DNA of 61,314 bases, taken from assembly GCA_964401055.1 (NCBI GenBank), contig CAYNWW010000001.1, forward strand, positions 41,689 to 103,002, given 5' to 3'. The notes beneath the pieces were generated by a model. It did not search any database and was not told the DNA's origin. It saw only the letters and a program-made list of their open reading frames with translations. Shown here in pieces: positions 27,394 through 36,735 of this stretch; within the stretch, counting starts at the first letter, position 1, and each line of letters begins with the position of its first letter. The translations under genes were made by a program, and so were the position numbers. Source of the stretch: an uncultured Candidatus Saccharibacteria bacterium (GTDB lineage: Bacteria; Patescibacteriota; JAUYIX01; CAYNWW01).

Positions 27394-29454
27394 ATGGAAA
27401 GATCTCCTGAGTTTGAAAAATATATAGATAGTGTTCGAAAACTTCCGCAAGAAACGATTGTAGAGAAGAGTGAAAAGCAAGAAAAGGCAAAGATTTTGCG
27501 CATGGAAGTCATGCTTGAGAATGCTGCGCTTACAGAGGAGCTTGTTGAATTTTTGAAAGACGACCCTTTAATTACCTCAGATGATTTAATCGCAAGATAT
27601 AATAAAAAGGGTCGAAAAACGCGTGATCCAAAGATTACCTCGGCCGATGTTGTTACTAAGTTTAAAGAAAAAAACCCTCAAAGGATGATAGCTCACCCAG
27701 AAGTTGTACAGGTTTATGTCAAGGAATTACTAGAGCAAAGAACGCGATTCTTAAAAATAGTGGAGTTTCTTAAGCGATCTACTTTTGATTCCCCTCAGGC
27801 TTTAGGCGGTAAGTTGTATGAATACTATATTCCTCAAAAGGGAAAAATAAACAAAAGGCCCCAGGGACCTATCCTAGTTGATACATCTTTCCCGCTCTCG
27901 GTGGTTATGTATGTTTTTGATGAATATGATTTTAGCAACATTGACTCACGCGTCGACTTGGGAGGATTTTATAATCCAAGCGCTAAATTAGACCCTCAAA
28001 AAGTTGATTTTAAAGAAACATTCCCTTTAATTGTTCTTAATGGCGCAGGAATTGATGCTAAGGAATTGACAAGACAAAAGGATCATGAGAAGGGACATGT
28101 TGAAAACAAGCCTTTTCGAGATACATTCTCACAAATGAAAAAGAAGGCGGTCTGGGGTCATCCTCAATATTTTCCAAGTTTTGAAAGCCTAGAGAGCGCG
28201 CAACAGGAATACGAGCTTGAAACTAATCCTCATGCTGCGAACCTAAAAGAGAAGACGAGACCTGCTTTAGAAATCGCATTGCTTTTGGGCAAAGACGAAA
28301 TCCTTGCAGATTTAAATTCAACAGGAAGTATTACCCAATACGTGCCTAGGTTAATCGAACGAGGAGGAACTTATGATTACTTTGAGAAAGTCATGAAAAT
28401 CAATCCCGGCTCGAAAATGCATAACGAGCTTTGGAGTGAATACGAATCCATTATTGCTTCATCCACAAAAGCTGCTGATCGAGTTCTTCGTGGATATGAT
28501 AAATTGTCACAAATACTTGAGCCAGAAGCTAAAAAAGTTATTACAAAAAAAAGTGAGCTATTTAGGTGGGTATTGGCTCAAATTCCGCTTGATAGATGGG
28601 AAAAGCAGCTGAACGAAACACTTTTTGTGAAGGAAGCAGAGGAGATAGATGAATTTTTTGAACTATATGAGAACTACAAAGATGATGATAAATCACAAGT
28701 AAGACAGGGATTAGTTTTTTTGCAGAAAAAGTTAGAAGCTGAAGGGGCTACAAAGTCTCTGCATCTTGAATTGGCAAAAACACTGGATACAATAAAAGAT
28801 TATGATAAAAAAGCAAGTGCTGAGGTTGTTGTTTCTTTTATAAAACAAGGGAGTGGCGAGGGTTGGCTAAATGCAGAAGAGGTAATTACAGAATGGAATA
28901 GCAAATTTCCTCTTTTGGATTCCGCAATAGAAAGAGATCATCTAAATAAATGGAAAGAAGCTATAACACAGGGCGATTTTAAAAAAGCATTCAATTTATT
29001 AAAAGATGATCCATTGCGCGGGTCTGAGGTTGATTTTAGCGATGACTTTAAACGATCTGATCCATATAAATTATTAAGCCTGTCTCGGCTAAAGGGCGGT
29101 GCAAATTTACAATTCAAAAGGATTCTGAAGACTTTTAAAATTGCTAAGGCGCAGTACGAAGCATGCAAAGATGTTGTCATGACGCCTCAAGCGCTAGAGA
29201 ACCTTTCTTCTAGTCAGCAGGAAGAATTACTCAGAACCACTGTGGGTGCTTTGGAAAACTTATACAATAATGTTGAGGCTATTGCTTCCCATCAGTCCGT
29301 TGAGAAATATATTCGGAAGGAGTTGAGGAATATTCAGGAATCTCTTCAGGATAATCGCTTCCTTTTCGATAGGCAAAAACTAGCTAAATTAGAAGAAAGA
29401 AAGCTAAGATTATTAGAGGCAGGCCAAAGATTAGAACATCGGATGAAGCCCTGA
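27394..29454 (+). CDS. Large orphan protein (686 aa), Lys/Glu-rich and helical, with HEKGH...EILAD (gluzincin-like) motifs
   Basis: A long uninterrupted ORF in strongly AT-rich DNA. HExxH at 28084-28098 and ExxxD at 28297-28311. No family recognised. Confidence 0.7.
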   Translation: MERSPEFEKYIDSVRKLPQETIVEKSEKQEKAKILRMEVMLENAALTEELVEFLKDDPLITSDDLIARYNKKGRKTRDPKITSADVVTKFKEKNPQRMIAHPEVVQVYVKELLEQRTRFLKIVEFLKRSTFDSPQALGGKLYEYYIPQKGKINKRPQGPILVDTSFPLSVVMYVFDEYDFSNIDSRVDLGGFYNPSAKLDPQKVDFKETFPLIVLNGAGIDAKELTRQKDHEKGHVENKPFRDTFSQMKKKAVWGHPQYFPSFESLESAQQEYELETNPHAANLKEKTRPALEIALLLGKDEILADLNSTGSITQYVPRLIERGGTYDYFEKVMKINPGSKMHNELWSEYESIIASSTKAADRVLRGYDKLSQILEPEAKKVITKKSELFRWVLAQIPLDRWEKQLNETLFVKEAEEIDEFFELYENYKDDDKSQVRQGLVFLQKKLEAEGATKSLHLELAKTLDTIKDYDKKASAEVVVSFIKQGSGEGWLNAEEVITEWNSKFPLLDSAIERDHLNKWKEAITQGDFKKAFNLLKDDPLRGSEVDFSDDFKRSDPYKLLSLSRLKGGANLQFKRILKTFKIAKAQYEACKDVVMTPQALENLSSSQQEELLRTTVGALENLYNNVEAIASHQSVEKYIRKELRNIQESLQDNRFLFDRQKLAKLEERKLRLLEAGQRLEHRMKP

Positions 29455-29480
29455 TTTACACCATTTTTCACTATGTAAGC

Positions 29481-29510
29481 ATTGATTTTTCGCCAATTTT
29501 CCTGTATACT
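29481..29510 (+). promoter_or_regulatory. Right copy of the direct repeat, which is also a near-consensus promoter TTGATT-17-TATACT
   Basis: -35 at 29482-29487 and -10 at 29505-29510. The ATG of the next gene lies 7 nt after the -10. Confidence 0.45.
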
Positions 29511-29517
29511 GCCGGCT

Positions 29518-30693
29518 ATGTCTCATTCTCGCTTATATCTTGATTATGCAGCTACCACATCGCTTGATCCGGCGGTGCGCGCAGCCATGGCGCCCTACGA
29601 AACGCAGGCCTTTGGCAACGCGTCCTCGGTGCATCAGTTTGGTTTTGATGCCCTCGCAGGTGTGGATCGCGCCAAGGATCAGGTGGCGGAATTTTTGAAT
29701 TGTCTGACGTCGGAAATAATTTTTACCAGTGGCGCGACCGAAGCCAACAACTTGGCTATCCAGGGTGTGGTACTCGCAGCACATGGTGGCCTCACGCCTC
29801 GCGCCGACCAAGTGCGTCGGCAACTCATTACCACCGCGATCGAACACCCGTCGGTGCTGCATGTGTATCAATTTTTGGAGCAGCAGGGGTTTGAAGTGGT
29901 GTATCTGCCGGTGAATCACGAAGGCATTGTTGAGCTCGACGCCTTGCGTGCCGCGCTGAGCGAGCGGACGCTGTTGGTGTCCGTCATGCAGGTAAATAAT
30001 GAAATCGGCACTATTCAGCCCATCACTCGCATCGGCCGTTTGGTGAAAAAAGTGGGCGCGGTATTTCATGTGGATGCGGTGCAGGCTGCTCCATACTTGT
30101 CGTGCGATGTGGATCAGCTTAAGGCGGATTTGCTCACACTTTCTGGGCACAAGATACGCGGTCCGAAAGGGGTAGGGGTGCTGTATGTGCGCAAGGGAAC
30201 GGCAATCAATCCGCTCATGCATGGCGGTGAACAAGAATATGGATTGCGGCCTGGTACGTATGCGACGCCTGCGATCGTGGGGTTTGGTGAAGCGGTTGCG
30301 CTGCTTCAGGCGCGTGATCGCGCTCAAGAGGCGAGTAGTGTCGCACAAGTGAGAGATACGGGGGTAGAGAAGCTGCTTGCCGCGTTCCCGTCCGCGCATA
30401 TCAATGGGTCTCGCGCGGCAGCTGAGCGTACGCCCAACAACATCAATATTACATTTCCCGGCGTCGATGCAGAGAATTTGATCTTGCAACTGGATCAAGA
30501 CGGCATAGCCGTATCAACCGGTTCGGCGTGTTCGGCGGGCTCATTGGAGCCGTCGCACGTGTTGCAAGCGATCGGTTTGTCTGCCGAAGACGTGCGCTCG
30601 AGCATCCGCATCACGATCGGGCACGAGACGACGATACGGGAGATGGATGTATTGGTCGCCGCGATCGCAAAAAGAATCACCCAGGTCAAATAA
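29518..30693 (+). CDS. Cysteine desulfurase (class V aminotransferase, NifS/IscS-like)
   Basis: LYLDYAATT, the PLP lysine in SGHKIRGPKGVG, and the catalytic Cys in GSACSAGS. Confidence 0.9.
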   Translation: MSHSRLYLDYAATTSLDPAVRAAMAPYETQAFGNASSVHQFGFDALAGVDRAKDQVAEFLNCLTSEIIFTSGATEANNLAIQGVVLAAHGGLTPRADQVRRQLITTAIEHPSVLHVYQFLEQQGFEVVYLPVNHEGIVELDALRAALSERTLLVSVMQVNNEIGTIQPITRIGRLVKKVGAVFHVDAVQAAPYLSCDVDQLKADLLTLSGHKIRGPKGVGVLYVRKGTAINPLMHGGEQEYGLRPGTYATPAIVGFGEAVALLQARDRAQEASSVAQVRDTGVEKLLAAFPSAHINGSRAAAERTPNNINITFPGVDAENLILQLDQDGIAVSTGSACSAGSLEPSHVLQAIGLSAEDVRSSIRITIGHETTIREMDVLVAAIAKRITQVK

Positions 30694-31023
30694 ACAGCGA
30701 GGTCACGGCGACCTAGCAGAGGTAGTAATGTTTTGGTGAGCCTAAATAAATAATGTCGCACAATATATCTTATGCGACAAAATAAGTCCAAATCAGCCGT
30801 CAGAACCTCATGTATGCCTGCTTTTGTCATATGTGGCTGCTTTGCATAATTGGCACCTCATATATCGAGTGAAACCTATTGTTCTATTCCTCTCTGGTTA
30901 AAAGGAAAAAATCTACCTTGTGCACAGTCGTCATTTGCATTGAATTCACTATTTTATTATGATGACATCAATACATTAAGTATCGAGCCTCGAGGTATAA
31001 ATTATTTTTTAACAGAATCATAT

Positions 31024-31365
31024 ATGAATTTTTCCACGGAGTTGCTCAAGGGATCTGTGCGTACATTGATACTATCGCTTCTGGCAGATGGCGAAATGTA
31101 CGGCTATCAACTCATCAAAGAAATGCAATCGCGCAGCGTGAACGAATTCCACCTCAGCGAAGGCAGCCTCTACCCTGCCCTGCACGAGCTCGAGCACCAA
31201 AAGCATATCTCGAGTCGGTGGGAGAAAATCGACGGCAAGCGGCCACGTAAATATTATGCGATCACACCTAAGGGGAAAAAAATCCTCGCCGGCCAGCTGC
31301 AGGAATGGAATTCATTTACGGCCGCGGCCAATCGTATTTACAAGCAGCTTGCCCAAGCAAATTAA
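31024..31365 (+). CDS. PadR-family transcriptional regulator
   Basis: LILSLLADGEMYGYQLIKE...SEGSLYPALHELE......W......RKYY.IT..G. Confidence 0.85.
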   Translation: MNFSTELLKGSVRTLILSLLADGEMYGYQLIKEMQSRSVNEFHLSEGSLYPALHELEHQKHISSRWEKIDGKRPRKYYAITPKGKKILAGQLQEWNSFTAAANRIYKQLAQAN

Positions 31366-31368
31366 TCC

Positions 31369-32133
31369 ATGCCTATGAATATTCAATTACGTGAACTCGC
31401 CTCTCGAGTTGCCCAGGCCACGCGGTTTGAACCTGAGGTGCAGGAAGAAATCAAGCTTGAGATCGAGTCACATCTCGCCGACGAAGCCCAAGAATTGGCG
31501 CTCTCCGGTACGACGCCTGACGAAGCCACTCGGCAAGTCATCGTCCGGTTTGGTGATCCGCAAGCGGTCGGCCGCGAACTTGCTCTTGCAAAACGACCTT
31601 GGGCGCGCCTCCCACTGATCGGGCCGCTCATCTACTATTGGCCGTTGCGGATGGGGATGAAGCTGTTTTTTTTGCAGATCGGCGCGTTGGTGTCCTGGGC
31701 TGTTGGGTTGATCGTCGTGAACACAATTGCATCATTTGTGACAGCAGCCTTCGCCAGTGCATATCTGCTGTTTTGGCTAATGCCGTTTATTATAGCAATT
31801 CCTCTCGCGTACAACTTTGCCATTGTTCGCTGGCTTCTTCGTATTACAACAACACGCGGCAGCGCGTGGGAAATATGGGTGATATCTGAGCTCCCATTTT
31901 TCATCTGGTTTGTAATGGATATCTCAAATGTTGCGCTGCGCCTATTGACGCAGGGCAAGAGCCCGTTGTTGTCAGAAGGATATGGGTATATGTATAGACT
32001 CATTTGGACGCGATTTGAGTACATCATTGGTCCGCAATTTATCCTTTTCGCTATTGTGTTTATCGTATGCTGGACAGTTAGATTGTCCAGAATGTATCGT
32101 TCGCTTCTTACAACTAAAAAGCAAAACGTATGA
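31369..32133 (+). CDS. PadR-associated membrane protein (N-terminal helical sensor/anti-sigma-like prefix domain plus 4-5 TM helices)
   Basis: ...EIESHL.DE...L...G..PDEA....V.RFGDP..V, followed by hydrophobic helices. Starts 4 nt after padR. Confidence 0.6.
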   Translation: MPMNIQLRELASRVAQATRFEPEVQEEIKLEIESHLADEAQELALSGTTPDEATRQVIVRFGDPQAVGRELALAKRPWARLPLIGPLIYYWPLRMGMKLFFLQIGALVSWAVGLIVVNTIASFVTAAFASAYLLFWLMPFIIAIPLAYNFAIVRWLLRITTTRGSAWEIWVISELPFFIWFVMDISNVALRLLTQGKSPLLSEGYGYMYRLIWTRFEYIIGPQFILFAIVFIVCWTVRLSRMYRSLLTTKKQNV

Positions 32134-33146
32134 GCAAAGAATTTCCTGATTTTTCAAATCCTAAGCGCATTCGTATCCGCTTTTTTGTCAGCGTCTTTGT
32201 GCTGGTCGTTGTCTTATTGGTGGGGCTTGGTTGCTTTCAATTCGTATTGACAAGGTCATATCCTCGCCCAACCGCCCATCCGGGCGATTTTAGTGAAGTT
32301 GTTAGCAAAAATTATCTGTTGATCCAGGATCATGCTGGTGATGCTTCGCCCATACAAGCGGAAATTGTTCGTCTTGATGGGAACACACTGAAGAAGGCGA
32401 GCCATATCGACGCATTTTATCCGGGTGGTGACAAAACTCTTTTGCAATCTTGGCAAGGCGTGGAATTTTCAGGTAATCCCGTGTTGGAATTTTTTGATTC
32501 TTCGACCGGTGCATTTCAGGCGCTTGTAGCCCCAACAAATAAGATACTAACTCAGGTCTCGTATTCTCCGGACATGAAGTATTTGCTGGTTCAATTTGGC
32601 GATGAGGCATTTATCCAAGATGTTCAGAGCGGCAACTGGAAAAATATCGGTGAATTTTCTCAGCTGCCTGTAGGGACAAGTGCCTTTGAGTGGACGCAAG
32701 CCGACTCGCATGCACTGTTTGTGGTTGTGCTCGGATATGCTAAAGATGGCAAAGAGGAACAGCGAGCGCGGTATGTGATTGATCCGAGAAGTTGGAAGAT
32801 CTCGCCGTACGCTATGGATGCATCGTACGGACCGCTCAAGGTCAACAAAAGACTCGTTGAAGAATACGAAAGTCCGCTGATTGAATTGAAACGTCCGCTT
32901 TTTGTCGGTTGGGCAAAAATTATTTCAAAAGCAAGTGGAGAAATAAAACTCTCGTGGTTTACCAGTCGTAATAGGATTGCTGTTAATTCGTATACAATAA
33001 AAGGCGATGCGAGCCACGTACTTCTCCAGCTTGATAATCGCATGGGCTTGCTTGATCTCGAAAGTGGTCGCTATGCACAGCTGTTTGAAAGCCCGTTTTT
33101 TCATCCAGAAATAGGAATTCCTACCGTGGATGTATTTTCGTTGTAG
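32130..33146 (+). CDS. Hypothetical membrane-anchored protein
   Basis: ATGA overlap with the upstream gene. One TM helix, then about 290 aa that look beta-rich. No motif recognised. Confidence 0.55.
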   Translation: MSKEFPDFSNPKRIRIRFFVSVFVLVVVLLVGLGCFQFVLTRSYPRPTAHPGDFSEVVSKNYLLIQDHAGDASPIQAEIVRLDGNTLKKASHIDAFYPGGDKTLLQSWQGVEFSGNPVLEFFDSSTGAFQALVAPTNKILTQVSYSPDMKYLLVQFGDEAFIQDVQSGNWKNIGEFSQLPVGTSAFEWTQADSHALFVVVLGYAKDGKEEQRARYVIDPRSWKISPYAMDASYGPLKVNKRLVEEYESPLIELKRPLFVGWAKIISKASGEIKLSWFTSRNRIAVNSYTIKGDASHVLLQLDNRMGLLDLESGRYAQLFESPFFHPEIGIPTVDVFSL

Positions 33147-33166
33147 TGATGAAGCAAGCCGTTGCT

Positions 33167-34423
33167 TTACGGCAGCACTTTCATCGGGTCGATCGCTACC
33201 CCATTTTTGCGAGTTTCAAAATGAAGATGGGCTCCTGATGATGTGCCAGAGCCAATTGAGCCAGGTCGTCCGCCGCTGGTGCCAATAGTTTGGCCAGCGC
33301 TTACGCGGTCACCTACATTCACCGCAAATGAGGTCATGTGCCCATAGATCGTTGTCCATCCCCCATCGTGCAAGATGATCGCGTATTGATACTGCGTGGT
33401 TCCTGTATAGCGCACTTTTAGAATAACGCCAGCCGCCGCTGCCGCTATTTGTGTTCCTTGAGGCGTGGGGATGTCGAGGCCGGGATGGCAGCCGTTTGGA
33501 TACAAGTACTTAAAAGGATATCCTGGGTCGCAAAATCGCGTAGAGATGCCGCGAAGTGGCTGCACCGGCCAGCTGAAAATGGCGTCGCCATTGGGATCAA
33601 TGCTGTCCAGTGGTGATGTTTGGCCGGAGGAAGAATTTTGTCGTTGGCGCTCCTCTTCCTCTTTTATCTGACGCTGAATATCCGCGATGTCTGCATTTTC
33701 TTGATCGACTTCGGCCTTGGATTCTTTGAGCAAATTTTGGTAAGTCTGCTCATCGTTATGAGTTTGGTCAAGGAATTCCTGTTTGGAGGCTTGCTGTGAT
33801 TCAAGTGCTGCTTCTTGGTCTTTGAGTTGTTTTTGCAGCGCAGTGACTTCATCTTTTTGTGCGCCGAGCGTTTGGTTTTTCCATTCTAGATCAGCCTTGA
33901 GCGATTGGACTTGGTCAAGGGTGGTTTGCCCTTGCTTTTGCAAATCCTGAACGTATGCGCTTTCGTTCAAAAAATCCGAGAACGAATTGTTTTTTAGCCA
34001 AATCTCAATCGGGTTTTCTTGATCGCGCTCAGCAAGATCTACAATAAATGCCGCAAGTAACTGCTTTTCTTTGGCAATGTCTTTTTCCTTTGCGCTGATT
34101 TCGAGATTGGTTTTGTCTATTTCTGACTTCAAGAGATCGATTTTCTTTGCGTTTGCATCGATTTCGGCTTGGGTTTTGTCGATGTTTGTGGAAAGAAGTG
34201 AAATTTCATTTTCAATTGTCGCTGCCTGTCCTTGCTTTTCGCTGATCTGTTTATTGTATTGATCAATCTTATTTTGTTGATCAAGGAGGGCTTGGCGCTT
34301 TTGATCGATCTGATTGTTTAAGTCATCGAGTGTTCCCGCACTTGCCTCATGAGGAATGGAAAAAAGACTTGCAGCAAGAAAAAATAATATTCCACCAATC
34401 AGAGATGCGCGCGCGTGCTTCAT
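33167..34423 (-). CDS. M23 (LytM) peptidase with a long N-terminal coiled coil (EnvC/PcsB-like architecture)
   Basis: Signal/TM segment, about 250 aa of heptad-rich Q/K/E sequence, then HPGLDI....G..I.A...G and GAHLHFE. Confidence 0.85.
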   Translation of the reverse strand: MKHARASLIGGILFFLAASLFSIPHEASAGTLDDLNNQIDQKRQALLDQQNKIDQYNKQISEKQGQAATIENEISLLSTNIDKTQAEIDANAKKIDLLKSEIDKTNLEISAKEKDIAKEKQLLAAFIVDLAERDQENPIEIWLKNNSFSDFLNESAYVQDLQKQGQTTLDQVQSLKADLEWKNQTLGAQKDEVTALQKQLKDQEAALESQQASKQEFLDQTHNDEQTYQNLLKESKAEVDQENADIADIQRQIKEEEERQRQNSSSGQTSPLDSIDPNGDAIFSWPVQPLRGISTRFCDPGYPFKYLYPNGCHPGLDIPTPQGTQIAAAAAGVILKVRYTGTTQYQYAIILHDGGWTTIYGHMTSFAVNVGDRVSAGQTIGTSGGRPGSIGSGTSSGAHLHFETRKNGVAIDPMKVLP

Positions 34424-34432
34424 GTAAAAATG

Positions 34433-35128
34433 CTAGATGGTCTTGTATGACTTCACAATAGTAAGAATCGCTTCGCGAATCTTGTCGTAGTCGGCATAGG
34501 TATAGTTTGCATCCATTGATGAACCGTATTCAATTTTGACGCCGTTTGAAAGCGTAATCACGAGTGTTTCGTTGTGGACGCTGAGTTTGTCAGTCGCACC
34601 TTTTTTGGTAAAGCCTGTTGCTGTGTATTCTTTGCCTGCAACGGTGATTTTTTCCGTTTTTGCTGTCTTTGCCCCTGTTACTGAACGAAGACAGCTGGAT
34701 GTCGCGTCCTTGCTTGCGATTTTGACATAGCCCTGGTGGTGCTCGATGACAACGCAAGAGTCGTCGTCATCGGTAAGTACCGCACTTGCTGGGTAGCTAA
34801 TCTGATAACCCGCGACCGTGTTTTTAAAATCAGTGGTTGTGACCGTCGGCGCAGCCGAAGTGTTCGTGGTGGTTTTTGTGGGTTGTACCGAGGTCGTTGA
34901 ACTTGTTTTCTCGTCTGCAGTTGATTTTGCAGGTGCGTCGTTGATGAATTCTTTGATAAGCAAATTTTGCTGTTCAAATTTTTGAGACATAATCCAATCG
35001 CTTGCCACAAACAGCACCATGCTAGTGAGTGACAGCACAATCAATACGATCAAGAGAGATGTGGTTGGCGCGTGCTGGTGTTTTTTTGGTGCGCTTGCGG
35101 TAGGCTCGACGATTTTTTGCGACGGCAT
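34433..35128 (-). CDS. Hypothetical membrane-anchored protein with a Thr-rich linker
   Basis: TM helix LLIVLIVLSLTSMVLFV, a TTSVQPTKTTTNTSAAPTVTTT linker, and a C-terminal domain of about 110 aa. Confidence 0.55.
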   Translation of the reverse strand: MPSQKIVEPTASAPKKHQHAPTTSLLIVLIVLSLTSMVLFVASDWIMSQKFEQQNLLIKEFINDAPAKSTADEKTSSTTSVQPTKTTTNTSAAPTVTTTDFKNTVAGYQISYPASAVLTDDDDSCVVIEHHQGYVKIASKDATSSCLRSVTGAKTAKTEKITVAGKEYTATGFTKKGATDKLSVHNETLVITLSNGVKIEYGSSMDANYTYADYDKIREAILTIVKSYKTI

Positions 35129-35164
35129 GAATGTTGTTGTTAGTTTTTCGATGGCTCGAGTATA

Positions 35165-36679
35165 CTATTTTTTACCCAAAATCTCAATGGCAGTCTGGAT
35201 GCGAGCAAGTGAGCGTGTTTGTCCGAGGATTGCCGCGCTATCAAAAGGTCCGGGACTTTTTTGCTTACCGGTCAACGCCACGCGCATGGGCCACAGAAGT
35301 GCGCCGGTGGCAATTTTTTCTTGCTCGATTGCAGCAAAAAATGCTCGTTCGATATCTTGAGCGGCGAAGCTGGATTCTTCGAGCTGCTCGAGGAGAGAGG
35401 CGGCTTTTGTGAGCATGGCGATGGTGTCTGCTGCAGGCGATTGTTTCCAGCTCAGAAGAGTTGGATCATAGTGAAGCTCTTGATCAAAATAAAAACGAGT
35501 TTCTTCGCCCACCTCTTCGAGTGTTTGAATGCGCGATTTTTCAAGAGCCAATACAGACGCAAGTGTTGCAGCCGGAATATGTGCGGTATCAAGGCCTTTT
35601 TTCTCGAGAAATGGTTTTGCTACCGTCAAAAATTGTTCATCAGAGAGTTGCTTGATGTAGTGCGCGTTGATCCAGTTGAGCTTTTTGATATCAAAAACGG
35701 CCGGTGATTTGTTGACATGATCGAGCGAAAATGCGGCAACAAGCTCGTCCAGACTGAAAAACTCTTGGGTTGTTTTTGGATTCCACCCGAGGAATGCGAC
35801 AAAGTTGAGAAGCGCCTCCATGAGATATCCGCGCTGTAAAAACGAAGTCGCAGACACGTCACCGTCGCGCTTGCTGAGTTTTTTGCGCTGCTCGTTGATG
35901 ACTAAAGAAAAATGTGCAAATTGCGGTGGTTGCCAGCCAAATGCTTGATAGAGCAATAAGTGCTTGGGCGTGCTTGAAAGCCACTCCTCCGCCCGCGCCA
36001 CATGGGTAATCTGCATGGCATGATCGTCGATAACATTGGCAAAATGATAGGTCGGGAATCCATCGGACTTGATCAAGACTTGATCATCAACGGTGGCATG
36101 TTCAAAGCGAATTTTGCCTCTGATCTGGTCTCGAAATTCAGTAAAACCTGTTTCCGGCACGCGCAATCGCACGACAAACGGGATTGTTTGCGCAAGTTGA
36201 GCAGACACTTCTTCAGTGCTCAGGTTGCGACAAAAGCGATCATAGTGCGGTGGTAACTTTTGGGCAATTTGCTGGGCGCGCATCTGTTCGAGTCGCTCGG
36301 CTGTACAAAAGCACCGATACGCCCACCCGTTGTCGAGCAAGGTCTGCACGTGGGCGCGATAGGTGTCTGTTCGTTTTGATTGAATATATGGTCCATACTC
36401 CCCTTTTTCTCCCAGTGTGCCGTCGGATCCAAGCGTGACTCCCTCGTCTGGAGTGAGGCCGGCTTGATCAAGGAGCTGGATAATATTTTCCAATGATCCT
36501 GGAACAAAACGACCCTGATCGGTATCTTCGATGCGCAAAATAAAAGAGCCACCCGCGTGGTGTGCGAGCAAGAAATTGTAGAGCGCAGTGCGAAGACCGC
36601 CGATGTGCATCAGGCCGGTAGGGCTTGGTGCAAAACGGGTTCTGATCGGGGATTGCTGAGTGGGAGTTTGAGTATTCAT
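35165..36679 (-). CDS. gltX: Glutamate--tRNA ligase
   Basis: RFAPSPTGLMHIGGLRTAL.N (HIGH motif) and KLSKRDG (KMSKS motif). Confidence 0.95.
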   Translation of the reverse strand: MNTQTPTQQSPIRTRFAPSPTGLMHIGGLRTALYNFLLAHHAGGSFILRIEDTDQGRFVPGSLENIIQLLDQAGLTPDEGVTLGSDGTLGEKGEYGPYIQSKRTDTYRAHVQTLLDNGWAYRCFCTAERLEQMRAQQIAQKLPPHYDRFCRNLSTEEVSAQLAQTIPFVVRLRVPETGFTEFRDQIRGKIRFEHATVDDQVLIKSDGFPTYHFANVIDDHAMQITHVARAEEWLSSTPKHLLLYQAFGWQPPQFAHFSLVINEQRKKLSKRDGDVSATSFLQRGYLMEALLNFVAFLGWNPKTTQEFFSLDELVAAFSLDHVNKSPAVFDIKKLNWINAHYIKQLSDEQFLTVAKPFLEKKGLDTAHIPAATLASVLALEKSRIQTLEEVGEETRFYFDQELHYDPTLLSWKQSPAADTIAMLTKAASLLEQLEESSFAAQDIERAFFAAIEQEKIATGALLWPMRVALTGKQKSPGPFDSAAILGQTRSLARIQTAIEILGKK

Positions 36680-36735
36680 GCAGCCAGTATACGCGTCGCC
36701 GTGCTCTTGCGCAACAGGTGTGCTAGTATTTTGAT

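Noticed and set aside
11300-30700. Numerous long antisense or alternative-frame ORFs, e.g. 17399..18025(-), 19934..20425(-), 22346..22951(-), 25410..26000(+), 29533..30498(-).
   Set aside because: Each lies entirely inside a strongly supported conserved gene on the other strand, in the GC-rich part of the window where stop codons are rare. Their translations are Arg/Ala/Pro-rich with no motifs.
36680-36735. A leaderless promoter for priA (TAGTAT lies 6 nt before the ATG).
   Set aside because: No acceptable -35 lies at 16-18 nt spacing. TTGCGC is only 12 nt away. This is too weak to report as a feature.
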